From a virus, in the IMG/VR virus record IMGVR_UViG_3300042544_003795, positions 96,001 to 160,000 of that record: a stretch of DNA of 64,000 bases; one strand, given 5' to 3'. Every line of letters begins with the position of its first letter. Positions within the stretch are counted from its first letter, which is position 1. Made by a program: the position numbers and the translations under genes. This document shows, one piece after another, positions 62,801-64,000 of the stretch. The notes beneath the pieces are model-generated. The model was not told where the DNA came from and did no database searches. It saw only the letters and a list, made by a program, of their open reading frames with translations.

Positions 62801-64000
62801 AGAATTTTCTTGTCTTTTAATTAATGTGTATGGCTTTTCAAAAGATATAGGTTCTTTGATTTTATTTTTGAAAAATGGAAACTTTGATCTTTTATCTGTT
62901 TTTGGCAATTCTAAAGCTTTGGTTTGTAAAGCTTTTGAAACCAAATTATCTCTAGTTATTTCTCCCGCTTTAACTTCTGCTATCCCCTGCCTCTTTGAAT
63001 TGATTATGTCCATTCTTGCACCTTTACCAGTTGCTAATACAGATGCTTCTTTATTTATTTCATTAAACGCTCTTTGTCCTGTTTTCTCAAACATATTCCC
63101 ACCTACTTTAATAGCGAATCCATTTATTTGATTTTCGATAGAATCATTCTTTTCGCCTTCTATTAAAGGCATAGATGAGTCTTTAACTTCACCACGATTT
63201 CTTAAATTATCAATTAATAATTTTACCCCATCTTCAGTATATCCATTTTTTAGGCCTATATTAGTTATAAATTTTGCTTTATCTTCTGTAAATTCTCCTG
63301 CAAGTTTTTTCTTTATGCCTTTGATATAATCCGGAGTATTTAATGATACAACATTATATTTTAAATTTTTTATAGTATCAACACCAACATCTGCAACACG
63401 AGAAGATTGTTCTCCTGAAATTTTACCTGAATATTCGATTGATTGTAATTGTCCATCATCATTTTTATTATATTTACTTATATCCTTTTTTTTAATTTTT
63501 CCTATTCCTTTTCCCCTCTCCAAAGAGGCTTTTGCGAAATTTGGAATAAAGCCTTTGCTAAATGATCTACGTTTATATTCGTTAATTTTTTCCTTTGCTT
63601 CTTTGCTTCTTGCTTCTGCCATGCCAGCGTCCACAATAACAGCTTTGCCTCCAGCCTTTACGAAATCTTCATAAAGTTGGTTATCTGAGTCATATGATGC
63701 TCCCGCTCTACGCGAAGACAAATAATCTAAATGTTTTTTTAAGAAATCTTGACCTTTGGCGTTTACACTGTAATTTTCGCCAATTAGATCGCTCATAAGT
63801 ACGCCAGAATCGTACATCTTACCCTCTAATATTTTTCCAAAGCCATTCGATGCATCCCTTCCAATTGACTTAATAGCCATTGGATCTTTTATTATTTCTT
63901 TTCTAATACTGCTTGTTCTTACGGATCTATCTAATGTGTCTGGAATTTGAGGTCCTGTAACCCCCGGAATAAGGTTGCCTTCCGATAAAAGTCTGGATAT
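50810..64000 (-). CDS. Giant tape-measure-like polyvalent protein (>4,396 aa, 5' end outside the window) with GFIPNF-delimited enzyme cassettes
   Basis: Frame stays open from 63880 to 64000 (ISRLLSEGNLIPGVTGPQIPDTLDRSVRTSSIRKEIIKDP-M); 8x GFIPNF; hydrophobic Ala/Gly segments near 56150-56355; long coiled-coil; lies just upstream of tail genes. Confidence 0.75.
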   Translation of the reverse strand: MSRLLSEGNLIPGVTGPQIPDTLDRSVRTSSIRKEIIKDPMAIKSIGRDASNGFGKILEGKMYDSGVLMSDLIGENYSVNAKGQDFLKKHLDYLSSRRAGASYDSDNQLYEDFVKAGGKAVIVDAGMAEARSKEAKEKINEYKRRSFSKGFIPNFAKASLERGKGIGKIKKKDISKYNKNDDGQLQSIEYSGKISGEQSSRVADVGVDTIKNLKYNVVSLNTPDYIKGIKKKLAGEFTEDKAKFITNIGLKNGYTEDGVKLLIDNLRNRGEVKDSSMPLIEGEKNDSIENQINGFAIKVGGNMFEKTGQRAFNEINKEASVLATGKGARMDIINSKRQGIAEVKAGEITRDNLVSKALQTKALELPKTDKRSKFPFFKNKIKEPISFEKPYTLIKRQENSTAALPSYFSSKGFIPNFAEITRRVGILDGDVLANPEYAQIVNSEMERLGNSKTHEYWEHLGNYAMQKRKTGGLKRITGIYGAPGSGKTSLAFNADKYGIPKKSDDSKFRKTTRIPILQESDIDKVDEVVATKASQSNAERSLQEGLFGGVDRLISLQISREDQIKSAKKRAASDNPIANQGRSGKSLLETVGKNPEDPNYIAAVAENKGVPVARLQREGDKTSIIKKQLNIEKKKIAFAYGAFAPFTEGHKEMFTQARSLGFEPENIVFGVSSGATLKEGDKHSYRTSVFPIGLRRQLIKKATGAKTTVIPSSEFRGRIPSVFKVSDGRYLSPTPGSIALVGDDKGLYETAKYTEKGLQVVQDARTEGISGTELRKAIGEGDTKGIRRLAAGGSEDLLIANLPQIQNRTAFIDKTMGRTSLKKNKAIDKINRRLGELPPKIYTVGKNITPPEQADEIRALRKQRKRIQESDSGSRILDRATRMYKALQTDDYVDDIIDEPINNPKSKSKKNVNLNSKIDESDDYIDISQFLPNNVNAANQFALAQSRGNKNVEFDDKISTISFEQVQVKIPDKGGSRRNLMSSILQSAPDSYRFKDKNRKDGKVDQTDYTGVFERYAIQQANKTKVGPKFIPTRNTGFNKGNNAVDAFSIDSIENKEISLLEAKAGDWTAPKVGDKYGRFLPENIAELSPMLLPLFTEGVPDKYDRIKLTNYIAVPDLNDIDPITRRQTNAGPLTQIVNGKRIVPKIVIPKLRFQGSTRARDLPNMGKEVGMTMNAYPERMSVPDSDMPAIETGPLSDDERKVQEWAANLAGQGSRARKTTNSYKKIQQQILTERQLPTDVQDRNMPVSEIAPLSDEDRVQAILSARYNKPRNTGGRKKTREQVLRENGLERFLSSGFIPNFASKLSYKETQNAKKKSRAKEAKAGIPIGKIRMGKNPSLRTPFNPEGFGTYNKYEGTLANGMGLAKKEGIDPRSKGMSASEGFIPNFALQSSFMGGGAEGTFHRLTKDIGVKRFYNRKPSSSAGIFAGFETKKDTKTANVKSESNLPKTITDEFTVSKLLAEKRLVDGITGPKIPDNLERALRAKSIRKEIIKEPMARDSVGIAASGVFGRILQARLKKAGLEMDDLHGANYTLNPQGRKFIEENKNNLLKDYVKYYKVPESSQDLYDKFVKSGGKATIIDAGYTNVIDPNLKNQVNEYSKKTNSRGFIPNFATPSLASDKTFFRDVVGNKKSGKNLARNIDRKTYDFLIAKYGREKVESSLAKISKTPAFDFSSEKDKMYKEAVEKNNTDLLKKMVEKEAQDSPYNRKGVRLGFYNKGVPLRSEIKDLNFGPGYYTAEDASLSIGGSDVSVNSKPHEDRLKALGLKASDVQFRKDEVYVKAQKPLTGNLPDEFMPYLNARVNYEIAINDAYAKLGKYGHLSPEEIAKISNRSLLLSTLRSRSAKNEKYKIGTAILMKEGKIPYDSIRGIAGRTLQEKTMSSELVVPNASQIKSAALVEYDDDGNLIPLSKRFDEKSDDIRGSKNPNKKRGRGYSIQGLGLRGKPTSFAKGFIPNFFSRLSPAKIPYAQERKALNESVNAEMSAGFERKDVKIGRRASLKTKSNPKGLAVFNKDEKTLSKGMSFAKMAKIEPTTKRTYGDSSSGLVSRTSAFGFIPNFEIPVRRPSLMNRVRQGASKVKTAANSPLALKIRSMLNTPTSTNALSLLISQIDGAPDISSDEIEFFKKVLDQVQYSTGNLLTSVQRANLPSLRTALSVIVPTVDDYLSSRFSRENPNSSSEGFIPNFATPKEKRALKKIRKRNEAKQKNADKDQEKKDKTQAAQQKVAAVRARPALPSSLRSGLGGSFQATREIFQRNQAKRKAAEAEKKASRTNAAPIKKAGISPQDQAKRDAKANADRKRRNIKIDYTNAKAQMAKLPQAPGRYQPTLTAQNQFVSRKEILKNLTQDRINKRRVGAKGVENTFKKGGQGQSKLFRNRDGQIVGSEERNRKADSIRADRLYNRSVAAGIMTPGGKLGSPILPTKGIQGAGKGMQSFPRTQIENRFQVEKDARKAKANRLRSVNNESRSIRKEYKADFAKQKELNANQKGGILQGGGQQGGGKQGAMPAGGGMPMGGDLPDSDNKVTKTPQELKQEKKEKRAAKAGAINAKMMGLAFTASTVTGMFSTPEEGKEQTKAQKEVQNIGESIAAGASAAMMVAMVPALAPIAPIVGVLAGAFNYATKATKAAVPSTLELTNNNQKLIQSTESQITSLQEAIKSQNEISELKTSGGDPKKIAKAQSTFAKSLGGIKDPELISTILNEKSDLKKQEAIANFQEKKSKDLNFSQGNLVTSEIIKKSREENVSVFGNKTKTSDFKTEDFDTFLNPIIDSIDFTKVKSKEASEAIDKLGNGTLSMGDFITQFGSELGLTESQVKMASKTYGDLNKEFTDSSIQSMDKYAAALLTFNKNLNDTVQTGIQGFSLDFQKVFDEGLKGLTLDTALINYKNFSTAGTNLSIEKSRLDSDRASGRITEAEGINRQASLQTKDLNLDAEKKGTEIVSKAVEQLTALIPKNASIEQRSNILNQASSVLKGGGDLSSLEGLIKQSLGSSDGSKEILSQIADINQEVVLGIEKLRIDQADGLRSINTISQDQLKESQRRNLAEIGKSALAGPPQYTKKLMNTGAVLETDAKIQKLRDKAERSGGGETETGRKLLVEASNLEMQNDRIKYEDEQAQAERYGKDNVVKRTNEERSGKAQLQKTMADDIGQKLRDLNKARAKSNQGSIFSDASIKKITEGIQIGGSGADESKRMLDEKFNNPYFQDSTVQSFAREIKGVGGVNSIFANNNQMAASAGANVPIAASAGAAGAGFPVVPNVAGAGVPTVPSVAGAGVTTVPSVAGASVPTVPSVAGAGVTTVPSSGVAATNTSMNPSSAAMPNYASSTANITAKSLTGRGSEQADILRRSAAVTQTQDYKSFEAEKAKNVQLRQERSVAEAGEPQRIIDNQKAVEKIKTPLNYQRTINTGTAATLKQDFVMDDLVSFQERMKSGKATETDFENLKASTLMDEGGNDRSREEISARNAYISQVESSGFSFKEDEVSVEKRIKEAQAKKDAKAKQGLDTTLEDNQISNLTKRKKDAGRNFEKEIERSDTTLAAKRERIDAAISAAESYNTESSKFLTQDAVLPAKTKSKTPQETDINVKRLQGLEETAKVLGDGKKDDERIQRVEEDLREGRQVQGKDGKIERVKMSPEEVKKAQEQLAGFKSDKAENTAARIKNKSETARVKAGLAEDPVQYLKSLEKQRGTAPLQDAAQIDENIKKNQDYLKNGVMRKGKDGKEQLTPLTPEERKKEEESLKANMAAKKEIDLDNKIKSVTAQAQMADPKGYLELLQSRRGVGPPRDPEELKKGIQAKKDEIKSLEKVNPLSADEANQFTSLEKETTAYDKSVSNIKELEALNKIPNLSEQSQKRKAELEATSSADMELTSYSDFEPWKGVNPKDIRDKKKKLGEFKARLDPKGKIADLRKGIETDEKTLSEDQLIAEAQKKADAKDPAKVRASYVAKLKGSKDKNLQGVAAKIEKLDKKKTELDSLKGKTLTADEKTELTGLEDETRSFDKAESNRKELNILRAKEPYGTLTDSDKKRKEQLELTEATDAKTLDTRKEAKDNKLELQDLRELDRMGPLSEGQIARKTELESREATDTKILADPQDGLDIVKRERMKELQAKAKNTEKETQLRGEVKKGTEDVARATDQNMGAINNELFKGQVAPVIMDQIQKPEDKKKVQAYNAKVVERQDQEAQLDPINKNIADIEAKRRDRSKVGFEAMADMGPDNDGKKSDFINKFIRGEVTAEEADEQTGGALKNAYNKVIPKKEGQTFEDLNNVGNVKDEKSKKAQIEKQIAQTKEEENKLGAVIKPLVDAVTGLTNAQGAATEGAAEGQNAQGAQGVVNTTNVNTTSQISVNITGEGITPEMIEKLKPSIIGMVEQHNREVASAAGKPPPAAPPTKAPPATTG
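54102..54266 (-). repeat. Five 33-bp tandem repeats (alternating A/B units) encoding SVAGAGV(T/P)TVP
   Basis: Units start at 54102, 54135, 54168, 54201, 54234 (ctaggaac...ccagctacg). Confidence 0.9.
57443..63553 (-). repeat. Dispersed peptide repeat GFIPNF x8
   Basis: At 63536-63553, 62750-62767, 60095-60112, 59837-59854, 59162-59179, 58130-58147, 57824-57841, 57443-57460, all in the same frame. Confidence 0.95.

Larger units (their letters stand above)
1..64000 (-). mobile_element. Segment of a large tailed dsDNA phage genome (apparently lytic-type gene content)
   Basis: Unidirectional dense gene packing; own DnaE/primase/helicase/RecA/RNR/ThyX/sigma; tail-like and tape-measure-like genes; no ribosomal or housekeeping operons, no integrase seen. 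Confidence 0.9.

Noticed and set aside
106-63131. All plus-strand ORFs in the track (e.g. 36492..36965, 48026..48436, 54078..54380) and the nested minus ORF 27818..28060
   Set aside because: They are shadows of well-supported minus-strand genes, with no recognisable motifs or expression signals
63878-63880. ATG at 63880 as the start of the giant ORF
   Set aside because: Frame is open to 64000 and the upstream 40 codons align with the internal kinase-like paralog
1-64000. Stop-codon reassignment
   Set aside because: Standard code already gives near-complete coding density with intact long genes; TAA, TAG and TGA all act as stops

Overview
AT-rich, densely coding segment of a large tailed dsDNA phage. 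Essentially every credible gene is on the minus strand, uses the standard code and lacks an obvious Shine-Dalgarno site. Reading in the direction of transcription (64000 to 1) there are five blocks. (i) A giant ORF of more than 4,396 aa, open to the window edge. Its C-terminal ~2,200 aa look like a tape-measure/ejection protein. Its N-terminal half is a string of enzyme-like cassettes (two protein-kinase-like, two PD-(D/E)xK nuclease-like, P-loop kinase, HIGH-type nucleotidyltransferase, ADP-ribosyltransferase-like, a duplicated small module) separated by eight exact copies of the peptide GFIPNF. (ii) Tail/virion genes, one with an inserted trypsin-like protease domain. (iii) A ~410-nt promoter-associated, highly structured non-coding element at 34205-34615. 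(iv) Nucleotide metabolism and replication/recombination genes: nrdAB, thyX, gmd, MazG-like, recA, dnaB, primase, split DnaE plus DEDDh exonuclease, SSB, a sigma factor, an RNAP alpha-CTD-like protein, dCMP deaminase and RNA ligase. (v) A large glycosyltransferase cluster including GT10/GT11 fucosyltransferase-like genes. The best candidates for undescribed biology are the GFIPNF-punctuated tape-measure polyprotein and the structured ncRNA/origin element. All family calls come from motif recognition by eye; no database search was run.
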